Part shown: positions 1 to 16,789 of the stretch, one piece after another
Numbering within the stretch: the first letter of the stretch is position 1
How the letters are laid out: each line of letters starts with the position of its first letter
Assembly: GCF_009914755.1 (NCBI RefSeq)
Contig: NC_060927.1
Reading direction: 5' to 3' (one strand)
Length of the DNA: 64,000 nucleotides
DNA from: the human T2T-CHM13v2.0 reference genome, Homo sapiens
Translations under genes and position numbers: made by a program
The notes under the pieces: generated by a model
What the model was told of the DNA's origin: nothing
The model's input: the letters and a program-made list of their open reading frames with translations, nothing else
The model's database searches: none

Positions 1-97
1 TTATATGGCTGATTTGAAGATTTCCATCTCTAATTAATGTATTAATTATCATAAGCAATTTCTCAAATTTGAATATGGAAAATCAAAAAGGCAATAA

Positions 98-373
98 ATT
101 TCCCTTATCAAGTGCTCTGGGTCCAACGTGCATATAGACACTCACATGTGTTAAAAGTTCAGAGTGCCTCCTTCACCACTGCTTGAGTGATTTCCCTTAT
201 CAAGTGCTCTGGGTCCAACGTGCATATAGACACTCACATGTGTTAAAAGTTCAGAGTGCCTCCTTCACCACTGCTTGAGTGATTTCCCTTATCAAGTGCT
301 CTGGGTCCAACGTGCATATAGACACTCCCATGTGTGAAAAGTTCCGAGAGCCCCCTTCACCACTGCTTGAGTG
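98..373. repeat. Tandem triplication, 92-bp unit
   Basis: ATTTCCCTTATCAAGTGCTC starts at 98, 190 and 282. Copies 1-2 are identical; copy 3 has about 5 clustered substitutions. Confidence 0.97.
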
Positions 374-449
374 CAAGGAATAGTCTTGGGTATTTCCTTC
401 ATTGAGCTTTACTTTCATTGGGCATTCACTATCTGTTTCATCTTGGACG

Positions 450-595
450 ATATGCTTCATCTCTCTGACCCTCACCTTTATCCTTTATAAAAGGGGATTC
501 TAATACATCCCCCATGGAAGATTGTGAGAATAGAGGGTAGTAATGTGCAAAGCATCTGTACCCACAGCTAGGCACATCATTAATGACAGTCAACC
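450..595 (+). mobile_element. MIR SINE remnant
   Basis: Degenerate MIR core: CTCTCTGACCCTCAC...TATAAAAGGGGATTCTAATAC...GATTGTGAGAATA...ATGTGCAAAGCA. Confidence 0.6.
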
Positions 596-1559
596 CTGTT
601 AAACATTGATATTAGTTTCCAGCATCAGTCCAGACTTAACAGCCTCAGAGCCACACAATCCCAATCCCATTAGAAAAGATTATGCATTTTTTTCATTCCC
701 ATGAGTTTAGGTTAATATAAATTTTAGATATAACCACTAGAACCATTAATATGCAAGGTAATTTGTCACAATTCCCTTCATAATTAACTTTAGCTCACAA
801 ACTCTATCAGAAGCATTTAAGCAGGAAATCAACAGTATATTAGACAAGGCTTTAAACCAGTTTTATTTTATATACTGAGCCTTACTTATAGCTATGCGAT
901 AAGGTAATATCAAGTCTATGCAGAAAATATTTTATCTTCTAGTAAGTTTTATTATTATGGATTTAAAATTTTAAATAAATACTGTTTTGCAGTTTAACCG
1001 ATATGTTTACAAATTAGTGGTAGTTAAATATATTCTTAAAACAATTTTGGAGTTATTTTACTGAAAGATCTATTCATAGTATGACCTGGACAATCTTGGA
1101 AGTATACGAAGTGTTAGTTACATGTGGGCTATAAATTTATGATGTTAATTTTAGTATTTTCTCTAGTATGTTTATCATTGCTATCTTTAAATTAATTTGA
1201 TGTATTAAAACACTCAAAAATAAGAAAGCTTCAATTAATATATTTAAAAATGAATTTATCATTCTGAATATTATTCCTTTTTGTTCACATATTCACTAAA
1301 CATTTCTGAAAATCACCTGTGTGACAAATATGTGAGATACTGGGAAAATAGATGGATTAGACACAATGCCTACCCTCAAGGAACTTGGTGAAATTGACAA
1401 ATGAAAAATCAATGGATTAAATATGAATTTGTGCTGTAACAGAAGTGTCCGTAGGGATAATGTGGATCACAAAGGAGGAAGGAGCGATGTTTCTCTTATA
1501 TGTAAAAGGTTAGATTTTATTAAGAAGATGATGCTGAAATCAGATTTTGGAAAGGAATG

Positions 1560-1966
1560 TGATATGGTTTAGATCTGTGTCCCCACCCAAATCTCAGGTC
1601 AAATTATAGTCCCCAGTGTGGGAGGTGATTGAGTCATGGCAGTGTTTTCTCATAAGTGGTTTAACACCAGCACCTTCAGTGCTGTTCTTATGATAGTGTG
1701 TGAGTTCTTGTGAGATCTGGTTGTTTAAAAGTGTTTAGCACCTCCCCACTGTTACTCTTCCTCCTGTTCCAGCCCTGTGAACTGCTCTCCCCTCTTTGCC
1801 TTCTGCCATGGCTGTAAGTTTCCTGAGGCTTTCCCAGAAGCCGAGCAGATGCCAGATCATGTTTCCTGTACAGCCTGTGGAGCCATGAGCCAATTAGTCC
1901 TCTTTTCTTTATAAATCACCCAGTCTCAGGTATTTCCTTATAGTGGTGCGAGGATGGACTAATACA
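1560..1966 (+). mobile_element. MSTA/MSTB-type MaLR solo LTR
   Basis: Starts TGATATGGTTTAGATCTGTGTCCCCACCCAAATCTC and ends GGACTAATACA. Perfect 5-bp TSD GAATG at 1555-1559 and 1967-1971. Confidence 0.93.
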
Positions 1967-2306
1967 GAATGTTCTGAGTGATCAAGATTAGAATGAAGTT
2001 CCTGGAGGAATGCTCTCCTTGTAATGGAAATGCCCTGTTTGCCTTATGTTGACCTCAGAATTAATCATCATTTATTTGAAATAAATTCAGTGAAATATAA
2101 TACTTTTTCAAATACATATTTATATGCTTGAGTAACTTATTCTTTTAGTGTTCTCAAAAGTACTCTAAATTCTATGTATCCCAGTTAATAATGTCAAGGT
2201 TCCCATAGGCACTGAGCAAGCACCGTGTCTCTTAGACACCAAAGATCTTAGACACGTGATTTCCCAGCTTTTGTACTTTGTTTTCTTAACATACTTTCGT
2301 ATAAAA

Positions 2307-2694
2307 TGTGAACGCTAAAGTAACTCCATCTGAGAAAATAATCTGCCACGTTGACTTCTGATTACAGTTCTAGAAATCTCTCTGAGATTTCCTGTTCCTT
2401 TATTGTTTCCTGTGTAAAAGCACACACTTTACCATAAATTCTGCCCTTAGATACGATTTGTACCCATTTCCTCTGAAGCACATGTATCCTTTCCCTATGT
2501 TGTATAATCCCCGGGTCTGGGGGATAATGGCACGGACATCTACCTAGCTTCTGGCTTCCAAAACGACACTTTTGTCAGTAAATTACCCAATAAAATCCCC
2601 CTATAATGACAAGCTGAACGTGTCTGGCTCCTTTGGTTTCTTGGCTCCTTCTGCATTTGGAGGTCGTTTTGCATGTACCTGCTTTCATGAAACA
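2307..2694 (+). mobile_element. ERV solo LTR, LTR47-like
   Basis: TG...CA termini, start TGTGAACGCTAAAGTAACTCCATCT, internal AATAAA. Family is from memory; no clear TSD. Confidence 0.6.
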
Positions 2695-5600
2695 AACGTG
2701 AATTTTGTTCAAAGACTTTTTATTACTACTCCCAGGAAAAAACATGTGAAATAGTTGAAAATGGGCAAAAAAATTGTATATTACCAGATGTCTATGCACT
2801 CTTCCAGATTATCCCCAACTTTGTCAGAACTATTTTTATTTCTCTAAACTGTTACATGGCAAGGCATGTGATCTTGTCCACAGACAATCAGATGGAAGGG
2901 CAATTGATGCCCAGTCCCTTTCCCAGTGGAAAAAGCCAGTTTTGTAACTATTTGTAAATTCATTTTTGCTTTCCTGTCAGACCTACCTAGATATGGCACT
3001 TTATTTCTCCTTTGAATCAGTTGTAATATCTTAGTCATTCTCTTATTAACTAAGGAATTGAACAAACTCTTTGATATGTGTTCATTTTATATTGGTATGA
3101 AAGTTTTTATTTTAACTATTTTTGAAAATATAAGATTCTCTTTAGTCCCAATAGATGCAGCCAGTACATTATATAAATATCGAATAATTTATCTGTATGG
3201 TATAGGATAATTGAAGAGGAAAAAAACAGCAATATCATAGTGGTATATACAAAATGTTTAGATTTTCTGGGGAAGGTGGGAATACTTCATAGGCGGGGCA
3301 AGACTGTCTCTTCTATGCCCCTCAGGAATACTTCATAGGAAGGTAAGATTGGTGTTAATTTTAAAGAGAGTTGACATCAAATAATATTCTAGGCATAGGA
3401 TGTAATTCTTGTACAAAGATGTAATAAATATAGCAGTGTAAAAAGATGTGTCGTGCTCATGGAATTATTTCATAGCAGCTGGGGATTAAACTACACAGGG
3501 GTATAGAGAATAAACATGGTCAACAATGACCCTGGAAATGGTAGCTTGAAAACAGATTCAGAAGACATTCATATTGAAGCATTTAGAATTTATCTTCTAT
3601 GGAATACAGAGGCATTGAAGAGGTGACATGATCAAATTTGACTTTTTATGAATCAAGCAAAGGATGGATTAAATGATGGAATATTATAGTAAAAGAAAAA
3701 AACATTCAGGCCCAGAACTTCATCACTTGAGTTGATTGGACACTCTTTGGTCTAGTCCAGTAGCACTGGAAATAGAGCAGAGAGGAATAGCATAAACCAT
3801 TAAAATGAAAACTGCAGATATTTGCATGTTACAGGAATGACAAAGAACTCTCCCTTCTAATATATGTAAATGTTTGGTGTGATAATTATTCCCAAAATCA
3901 AAATAAGCAATTTTTAAGAAACCTAATGTGTAAGTTTGTTAAATAAATTTCAAAATAAAAAAACACATATTTCTAGGAATCTTGTATTTGACCCTTTTCC
4001 AAATGTGCTACTTTGTTAGTAAGCTATCTCAACTTCTAAACTACTCATGAAGGAAAGCTAAAAAATCAGTGGACTCTCTAGCCGTCTGAAAAAGAATATT
4101 ATACACACAGCATTTTAAAATTATTGAGCCATAATTGATATTTTTGTCTACTAGGCACAAATCAATTTTAAGAAACTTTAGGATATAATGGCTTAAAGAA
4201 CCCAAACAGTAGGTTATATTGTGCCTTTGATTATTAAGTGTAAAAAAATTTGTTCTCAATCAATACCAAATTTATTTTTAGCCTGATTAAGAGCTTCTTT
4301 CTATGTGCTATATTTAAACAGAGTTAATAAATATAAATGCTGTTTTGATTGAAAAATTCTATCTAGCTTTTAATATTACATTTTTCATCTCCAAAAAAGG
4401 GGCAAATAGAAAAATGTGCTTTATTTTCAGTAGGCTGTGTGATTAATGTTATAATCAAGTGTTTATAAAGTATCTAATCATGCAAGTTGCACAAAGAACT
4501 TTGTAAACCTGTTCTTTCCCCTCTAGGTAAGATGCAGGATTCTTATTTATCGACATTCAGGGTTAGCCCTAGATGACTTACTACAATTATTAAATCTATC
4601 ATTTGTGTATAATTTAAAGTTTTATAATACTTTTGCTTGCACCTTCTAAAGTAATTATCTGCTCAGCACTCTGAGTTAATATGCTCAGCATTTACTCATG
4701 AGGAAATTAACTTGGAGAGGTTAAAGTGTTTTACCCAATCTTTTGTAATGAGTGGCGTAGAAAAAAATTCATTTGTCTCCTGATATCAACTTAACTACCT
4801 CTTCTAATTTTCCATCCACAGTTATTTACTCACTCTTGCCAAACCTCAACACCAGCCTAGGACACTGACAATGTTTGCCCTTCTATAAAGCGCTTCAGGA
4901 GCCATACTTACCCTTGCAACTTCTCCCTTTCTGTACAATTTTCCATTTCTTTAGCAAAGATGACTTGAGTTCATAGTTTGCTAACTTAGAAAATTTTACT
5001 CATAATTAAACATATAGAGTGAAGAGCTCATAGTCATTTTATTCTTTAGAGGATGTTTGATTTGAAATTTAAGAACTTGTTCAGCTAAAGTCAGCCTGGA
5101 ATTTTAGAAAAAAGAATGTCAGATAATAGATGATGGTATTTTATGACATCCTTTTCTTTTAGTGATGTGACCTACTATTTTAGGATTAAAAACTTAACTT
5201 TTAGAGATTATATATAGGAAACTGACATGTCAGAATGAAAAATGATTGAGTTAACACATGATTGGGAGAAACATGTTCATTTTAGAAATTCCTTACAAGC
5301 AATGCTTTTTAGCATCATAGAAGACAAATCATAATTATGGAGAATAATTAAATGCTTATCTACAGAAGCTGTGTGTCCAAGTTCAGATGCCATACAGACT
5401 TTTAGAGGTATTTTTAAAATGTATTTCCTGAAGTGTATACATTTTTTGTACACTGTTTTGTTTCATAATTTAAAGATTCTGTCTTTCAATGATGGATAAA
5501 AGATGAATTAGTCAGCTGTTGATATAAATTCAAAATTACTTTTACCTTTTACTTGATATATCTAAAGTATATCAGAGTAGTTGCAAATTAGCTGGATTTA

Positions 5601-6568
5601 GGATTTTGTCTGGTTAATAAAAGATAATAAATTGCTTTAAACATGTTTCTTTTAATATGAAACAAGTGACTACAATTGAGGTTAATTAATAAGAAATTTC
5701 ATACCTGATAGATTTATGATGAATTTTGAAGTAGATTTCTAGAAATACATTTATGCATTTCATGTTTATACAAATTAACTAGAATAACCATAATAAGTAT
5801 ATTTTTGAAAAAAAGGAATTATTCAATTATGTATGTTCTTTAAGTAGGTGAACCAGCTAACCTCTCTAATAATATATAATATACAAATTTTATAACATTC
5901 TTTAATTCTTTCATTTAACCATAATCAATCAGACATAATTCTGTGTTTAGTATTTTACTACCTAATGGGGACGTGTAAATAACGGAACATGGTCCTTCCT
6001 GAAGAGCTTGCAATCGTATGGAGAAGACAGATTAGAAGACAGATGCAAATATAATTGAAAACAATTTATTTTTGATATTAGAATTTCTATTTTGTTTATT
6101 AAAAGAGGGACAGGGCCCGAGATAATGTAATATGCATTATTACAGGCTAAAATAGAAATCAGAAAATATAATTTAAAATATATATTTAAACTTAAGTTCC
6201 AGTTTATAAGAGGAAACTAAAAACTTAATGTTCTTAGCAATTAGATTTTTTGTTTTTTATCTTGGAATATTTGTTAGTTTGTTTCTAAATGCTAGAAAAA
6301 AAAGTAGGTGTAAAAAAATAGTGTCATTTATTATGCAATAAGATCAGGACTAACTCTGGGCTAAAATTACAAGTGTGGTAGGATTTATCCATTCGATAAT
6401 TAATTCTGATTCATCATTAAGGTCAGATTTCTGCTGCGTAAGTTTTCCCTTGTCCATTCAGTACTTGCTTCTCTGTAGTTCTCCCCATTAGGCTGAAATA
6501 TCCCAGCATTCCTTAATGTCACATCTTAAGGTTCACATGTGAGATACCTTGGTACTAACCCATGGAGC

Positions 6569-6600
<32 letters not shown>

Positions 6601-7595
6601 GACTAACTTCTTTAAAAGCCTTCCTTATATCATGGTGTTCTTAGAGAAGTGAAACTTTGGTATTTGGCTTTCAAAGGGAATTTCTCAAGGGTAAAGGTGA
6701 ATGCTACAGAAATCTTAAGGCCTATTTTGTAAGTTAAACACTATCTCTTTAGCCACATTATGTGTCACAAGGTAGGAACGCATATACTACTTGACAGAAG
6801 GAGAGACAAGAAATTTTTGGTTCTCTTTAATTCACTGTACAGAGGCATAGGGAAAGATGGGTAGAATTTCAATGATACATAACAGAAAGTTATCTTGAGA
6901 GAGAGATTTTGGATTGGCCATTATAACCTTAAAACAAACTCTAGAAAATTCAACAGAGGTACTCGCTTCCAGACAAATTATCATAGTAAACAAGAAAAAG
7001 AATCTTGAAAATCAGAGAAGAAAGGAAAAAATATATATTTTAGAAGAAGTTATCTAATGTAATCCTAAACTAGTCTTTTAAAGAAGTGTTAAGATAAACA
7101 AAAAAGAAGAGTATGGGAAATTCCTTTTAAAAAGTGGATATGATTGTTTTGCCAATACTAGACTATACTCTTAGTGTTTATTTCTGATCCTTATGTTGTG
7201 AAAAGAAAAATGAGAATGGTTCCATAGATAATATTCAATGAAATAAAATTCAAAAAGGTAGTGTATTCTTTTTTCTAAGGAAATTAATCAGTGTTAATTC
7301 ACCTTTATACATCTATTTTTAAATAAAGTACTAAGAGATTTCTTTAATTTATAGAACATTTTGCAAATATTTTGCATTTATCAAAGTGGAGCACATGGAA
7401 AAACAATGCACATAAAGGTAGAAAATCAGGTTTTTGTGGTGTAAAGTCAAAAAACTTTTAGACTTTAAGCTTTGAATTTGAATGTCAAGTTCTTATTAGA
7501 CATATTTTATCGTTATTAATTTGACATGTATTGAGAATAAATTAAGCAAAGGAATACAAAACACAGAGAATAGCAATGTTGGACCCTATGCCACC

Positions 7596-7839
7596 TGAAT
7601 TTATCAAGGTTTTCTAGAAAAATAGAACCAATAGGATAAATACAGTATAGATAGATAGATTTAGATGATATAGATATAGATATACATAAGAGGAGATGGA
7701 TCTTCTCTACTCGGTCTGCTAATCGAAATGTTAACGTCTTCCAGAAGCACCCTCACAGATGCACCCAGGAATAATGTTTTGCCAGCTATCTGAGAATCCC
7801 TTAGCTCAGTCAAGTTGACGGATAACATTAATTATCACA
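7596..7839 (-). mobile_element. MLT2B-type LTR (3' LTR of the ERVL provirus, internally deleted)
   Basis: AGAACCAATAGGAT plus a GATA-rich tract, ending CAGTCAAGTTGAC...ATTATCACA. Directly followed by ERVL internal sequence ATCCACCCCTTGTCAA. Confidence 0.85.
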
Positions 7840-8939
7840 ATCCACCCCTTGTCAATTTGGCACCCATACGCATCTCCTTAAACTATACTTGCTCTTCAAA
7901 TAAAGACAATAGCAATGTGATAATTTCTCCAGCATGATACAACAGTCCATACAACTGAAAACACACTAATCCACTCCTCAGAAAAGAAGCTAAAGTCCTA
8001 GCTGTGATTTCAATGTTCATGTCCCCTCCAAAATTTGTGTTAAAACCCGGTCCCTCAGTGGGTGCAGTACACCGAGCATGAGCCAAAGCAGGACGAGGCA
8101 TTGCCTCACCCAGGAAGCACAAGGGGTCAGGGAATTCCCTTTCCTAGTGAAAGAAAGGGGTGACAGATGGCACCCGGAAAATCTGGTCACTCCCACCCTA
8201 ATACTGTGCTTTTCCAATGGGCTTAACAAACAGCACACCAGGAGATTATATCCCGCACCTGGCTTGGAGGGTCCTAAGCCCATGGAGCCTCACTCATTGC
8301 TAGCACAGCAGTCTGAGATCGAACTGCAAGGCAGCAGCAAGGCTGGGGGAAGGGCGTCCACCATTGCTGAGGCTTGAGTAGGTAAACAAAGCAGCCAGGA
8401 AGCTTGAACTGGGTCGAGCCCACCACAGCTCAAGGAGGCCTGCCTGCCTCTGTAGGCTCCACCTCTGGGGGCAGGGCACAGACAAACAAAAGACAGCAAT
8501 AACATCTGCAGACTTAAATGTCTCTGTCTGACAGCTTTGAAGAGAGAAGTCGTTCTCCCAGCACGCAGCTGGAGATCTGAGAACGGGCAGACTGCCTCCT
8601 CAAGTGGGTCCCTGACTCCCGAGTAGCCTAACTGGGAGGCACCCCTCAGTATGGGCGGACTGACACCTCACATGGCAGGGTACTCCTCTGAGACAAAACT
8701 TCCAGAGGAACAATCAGGCAGCAGCATTTGAGGCTCACCAATATCTGCTGTTCTGCAGCCACCGCTGCTGATACCCAGGAAAACAGGGTCTGGAGTGGAC
8801 CTCCAGCAAACTCCAACAGACCTGCAGCTGAGGGTCTTGACTGTTAGAAGGAAAACTAACAAACAGAAAGGACATCCACACCAAAACCCCATCTGTATGT
8901 CACCATCATCAAAGACCAAAGGTAGATAAAGCCACAAAG

Positions 8940-9954
8940 ATGGGGAAAAAACAGAGCAGAAAAACCGGAAACTCTAAAAATCGAGCACCTCTCCTCCTCC
9001 AAAGGAATGCAGCTCATCACCAGCAATGGAACAAAGCTGGATGGAGAATGACTTTGATGGGTTGAGAGAGGAAGGCTTCAGAAGATCAAACTACTCCGAT
9101 CTAAAGGAGGAAGTTCGAACCATGGCAAAGAAGTTAAAAACTTCGAAAAAAAATTAGACGAATGGCTAACTAGAATAACCAATGCAGAGAAGTCCTTAAA
9201 GGACCTGATGGAGCTAAAAATCAGGGCACGGGATCTACGTGACAAATGCAGAAGCCTCAGTAGCCGATGTGATCAACTGGAAGACAGGGTATCAGCAATG
9301 GAAGATGAAATGAATGAAATGAAGCATGAAGAGAAGTTTAGAGAAAAAAGATTAAAAAGAAATGAACAAAGACTCCAAGAAATATGGGACTATGTGAAAA
9401 GACCAAATCTATGTCTAATTGGTGTACCTGAAAGTGATGGGGAGAATGGAACCAAGTTGGAAAACTCTCTTCAGGTTATTATCCAGGAGAACTTCCCCAA
9501 TCTAGCAAGGCAGGCCAACATTCAAATTCAGGAAATACAGAGAATGCCACAAAGATAATCCTCGAGAAGAACAGCTCCAAGACACATAACTGGCAGATTC
9601 ACCAAAGTTGAAATGAAGGAAAAAATGTTAAGGGCAGCCAGAGAGAAAGGTCAGGTAACCCACAAAGGGAAGCCCAGCAGACTAACAGCTGATCTCTCAG
9701 CAGAAACTCTACAAGCCAGAAGAGAGTGGGGGTCAATATTCAACATTCTTAAAGGAAAGAATTTTCAACCCAGAATTTCATATCCAGCCAAACTAAGCTT
9801 CATAAGTGAAGGAGAAATAAAATACTTTACAGACAAGCAAATGCTGAGAGATTGTGTCACCACCAGGCCTGCCCTAAAAGAGCTCCTGAAGGAAGCACTA
9901 AACATGGAAAGGAACAACTGGTAAAAGCCACTACAAAAACATGCCAAATTGTAA
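8940..9954 (+). pseudogene. L1 ORF1p, disrupted
   Basis: ATGGGGAAAAAACAG start. Fragments 9208-9558 (EIWDYVKRPNL) and 9613-9924 (RISYPAKLSF) are separated by premature stops. Confidence 0.95.
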
Positions 9955-10017
9955 AGATCGTCGAGGCTAGGAAGAAACTGCATCAACTAATGAGCAAAAT
10001 AACCAGCTAACATCATA

Positions 10018-13857
<3,840 letters not shown>

Positions 13858-14969
13858 ACAATGAGAACACATGGATACAGGAAGGGGAACATCACACACT
13901 GGGGCCTGTTGTGGGGTTGGGGGAGGGGGGAGGGATAGCATTAGGAGATATACCTAATGCTAAATGACGAGTTAATGGGTGCAGCACACCAGCATGGCAC
14001 ATGTATACATATGTAACAAGCCTGCACATTGTGCATATGTACCCTAAAACTTAAAGTATAATAATAATAATAAAAGAGAAAACAAAAAAAAAACTCGATC
14101 CCCAGTATGACAGTATTAAGCGGTGTGGTCTTTTAGGGGGTGACTAGGATGTAAAAGCTCGATCCTCACACAGGGATTAGTGCCTTATAAAATGTGTGGA
14201 GGAGACCAGTGAGGCTGCTTTTGTCTTTCTGCCCTTCCGCCTTGTGACGATGCAGCAAGAAGGCTTGCAAATGCCTTGGGAGCATTGATTTGGGACTTCC
14301 CAGCCTCCAAAACTGTGAAAAATTAATTCCTGTTCCTTATAAATTACTTAGTCTTAGGTATTTTGGTACAGGAGCACAGATGCACTAAGACATTCTTTGA
14401 GTGGTGTTTAATCCTCTCCTGATATCCAGAACATAAATACTGAGATGTAAACAAAAGAAAGAAAACAAACATATTTGATGAAAACACACACACACACACA
14501 CAGACATGTTCAAAACAAAATAAGGAGGAAATAGGATAATTTTAGTCCTTAGTTCTATAACTAGTCACATGATCATAGCTGGTATTTGTAACCACCTTCC
14601 TCTACCACCCATTCTGTATTTCCTTTCTCTTTAGCAAGAACTTCCACTGGTTGTAGAACTTGCAGGGTGGTCACAACTAAACCTTCGTTTCTAAAAGGAT
14701 GGGCCTGGATTTGGTTGTTTTAGTTTTGCATTGAGCTTAATCATAGAACATGGTAATACTAGGAGACATCATGAAGGATCTCCTGTGTTGTAGATATACT
14801 CTTCTTTACTTCCATTGAGAAGTAGTAGTTCAATTTCCCCAGGTAGTCTGAATCAATAACCCCAGGCAATATTGACTGTTTCTGTGGTGAAAGCATTCCT
14901 CCATCTAGAACTAAGTCCTCTTGCCCAACAGAAGATAAAGTCATGAGCATGGGAAGCAAAAATTTTGCT

Positions 14970-15244
14970 AGTGGGTAACTCAGGGTGATGGTGAGTAGTG
15001 CCACTCTCATTTTACAAGTGGGTAACTCAGGGTGATGGTGAGCAGTGCCACTCTCATTTTACAAGTGGGTAACTCAGGGTGATGGTGAGCAGTGCCACTC
15101 TCATTTTACAAGTGGGTAACTCAGGGTGATGGTGAGCAGTGCCCCTCTCATTTTACAAGTGGGTAACTCAGGGTGACGGTGAGCAGTGCCACTCTCATTT
15201 TACAAGTAACTCAGGGTGATGGTGAGCAGTGCCACTCTCATTTT
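14970..15244. repeat. VNTR, 47-bp unit x6, inside ERVL pol
   Basis: GTGGGTAACTCAGGGTGA at 14971, 15018, 15065, 15112 and 15159, plus a copy with a 4-bp deletion at 15206. Confidence 0.97.
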
Positions 15245-15368
15245 CCACGCTTTGATTCCTGTACCCATTAATTGTGGCTGTTGATGAAACTACTATATGT
15301 TGGAAACTGCTTCAGAGAATATACAACCTTCTGCAGAATCTTGGCCCAGCTGTGTAAGGTATTGCGAT

Positions 15369-15674
15369 CTAGCTGGTACTGTAACTGAATTCAAAAGACC
15401 CTTTTATCATTTTTATCAAGTTAGCTGCTTCTGGATGATGGGGAACATGGTAAGACCGATGGACTTCATGACCATGAGCCCATTGCCACACTTTTTTGTC
15501 TTTGAGGTGAGTTCCTTGATCAGAAGCAATGCTGTATTTAATACTGTGCCTGTGGATAAGACATTTTATAAGTCCACGGATGGTAGTTTCGGTGGAAGCA
15601 TTGCACCCACGGAAGACAAATCCATAACCTGAGAAGGGTCTATTCCAATAAGCACAAAATGCTGCCACTTCCAT
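15369..15674 (-). pseudogene. ERVL integrase core fragment
   Basis: Translation has the retroviral integrase SDQG motif and HHPEAA typical of ERVL pol. Confidence 0.85.
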
Positions 15675-15882
15675 AGTGGAAGCAGTCTAATGTAGATAAA
15701 CTGCCACTAGGTAGCTGGCTGATCACCCTGGGGAATAATGCCAAATGGGATCACAATGTGGTCTCTACTGCTGGCAGATTGTATAATCTGCCAGTGGTGG
15801 CCATAGCTAGGTCAGCCTTGGTGAGTGGAAACCTATGTTGCTGAGTGCATGCATAACCTTCATCCCTGCCACCATGTCCACC

Positions 15883-16434
15883 TGTTACTGGTGGAATGTA
15901 TCTGAGCCACGTGGCACCAAAACACGTTACCAGTGGCAAATTGGTATGGGTTTGCAGCAACTTCAGTTCTTGCCTCCTCAGAAGAAAGAATCTGACTGAG
16001 AGGCATAAGGTAGAAGGAGGGGCTGAGGCAAGTTTTAGAGCAGGAGTGAATGTTTATTTAAAAAGCCTTAGAGCAGGAATGAAAGGAAGGAAAGAAAGTA
16101 TACTTGGAAGAGGGCCAAGTGGGTGACTTGAAAGACAAGTGTACATGTTGACCTTGTGACTAGGCTTATACGTTGGCATAATTCCAGGGTCTTGTGTCAC
16201 TTCTCCCAACCCGCCCAACCCTTGAGATCTTATTGGGAAGCTGCTGATAACCAGTTTTAGGTATTTTCTATCCAGCAGGAGACTGCCTTTCCCTGGCACT
16301 GTCTGTGACCAATTATTACTTTAGAAAGACAGTTAACAACCATCTGACCATCACCTGATGGTGCCTGACATTCCTGGTGTGTGTGGGTGGGGGAGAGCCC
16401 TCTCCTACCCGGCTCATACCAGACTACTATAACA
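15883..16434 (-). mobile_element. ERV1 solo LTR, MER50/MER83/MER84 group
   Basis: TGTTA...TAACA termini. Motifs TTCTTGCCTCCTCAGAAGAAAGAA, GCAAGTTTTAGAGCAGGAGTGAA and CTGACCATCACCTGATGG. Confidence 0.8.
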
Positions 16435-16495
16435 GATCCATGTCAATAAATTCAGACTGATCCAAGTTTATGTTTGTTTCACCATTATCCCACAC

Positions 16496-16789
16496 TTTTT
16501 TTTTTTTCAGATGGAGTCTCCTTCTGTCGCCCACGCTGGGGTGCAGTGGCATGATCTGGGCTCACTGCAACCTCCGCCACCCGGGTTCAAGTAATTCTCC
16601 TGTCTCAGCCTTCCGAGTAGCTGGGACTGCAGGCACCTGCCACCATGCCCAGCTAACTTTTGTATTTTTAGTAGAGATGGAGTTTCACCGTATTAGTCAG
16701 GCTGGTCTCAAGTTCCTTACCTCAGGTTATCTGCCCGCCTCAGCCTCCCAAAGTGCTGGTATTTCAGGCATGCGCCACCGCACGCAGCC
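16496..16789 (-). mobile_element. AluS
   Basis: Full dimeric Alu with leading poly-T and TSD core TTATCCCACA on both sides. Confidence 0.95.

Noticed and set aside
14970-15244. CRISPR-like array (also considered for the 32 kb, 50.8 kb and 51.3 kb repeats)
   Set aside because: Head-to-tail repeats with no unique spacers, no cas genes, and a primate context.
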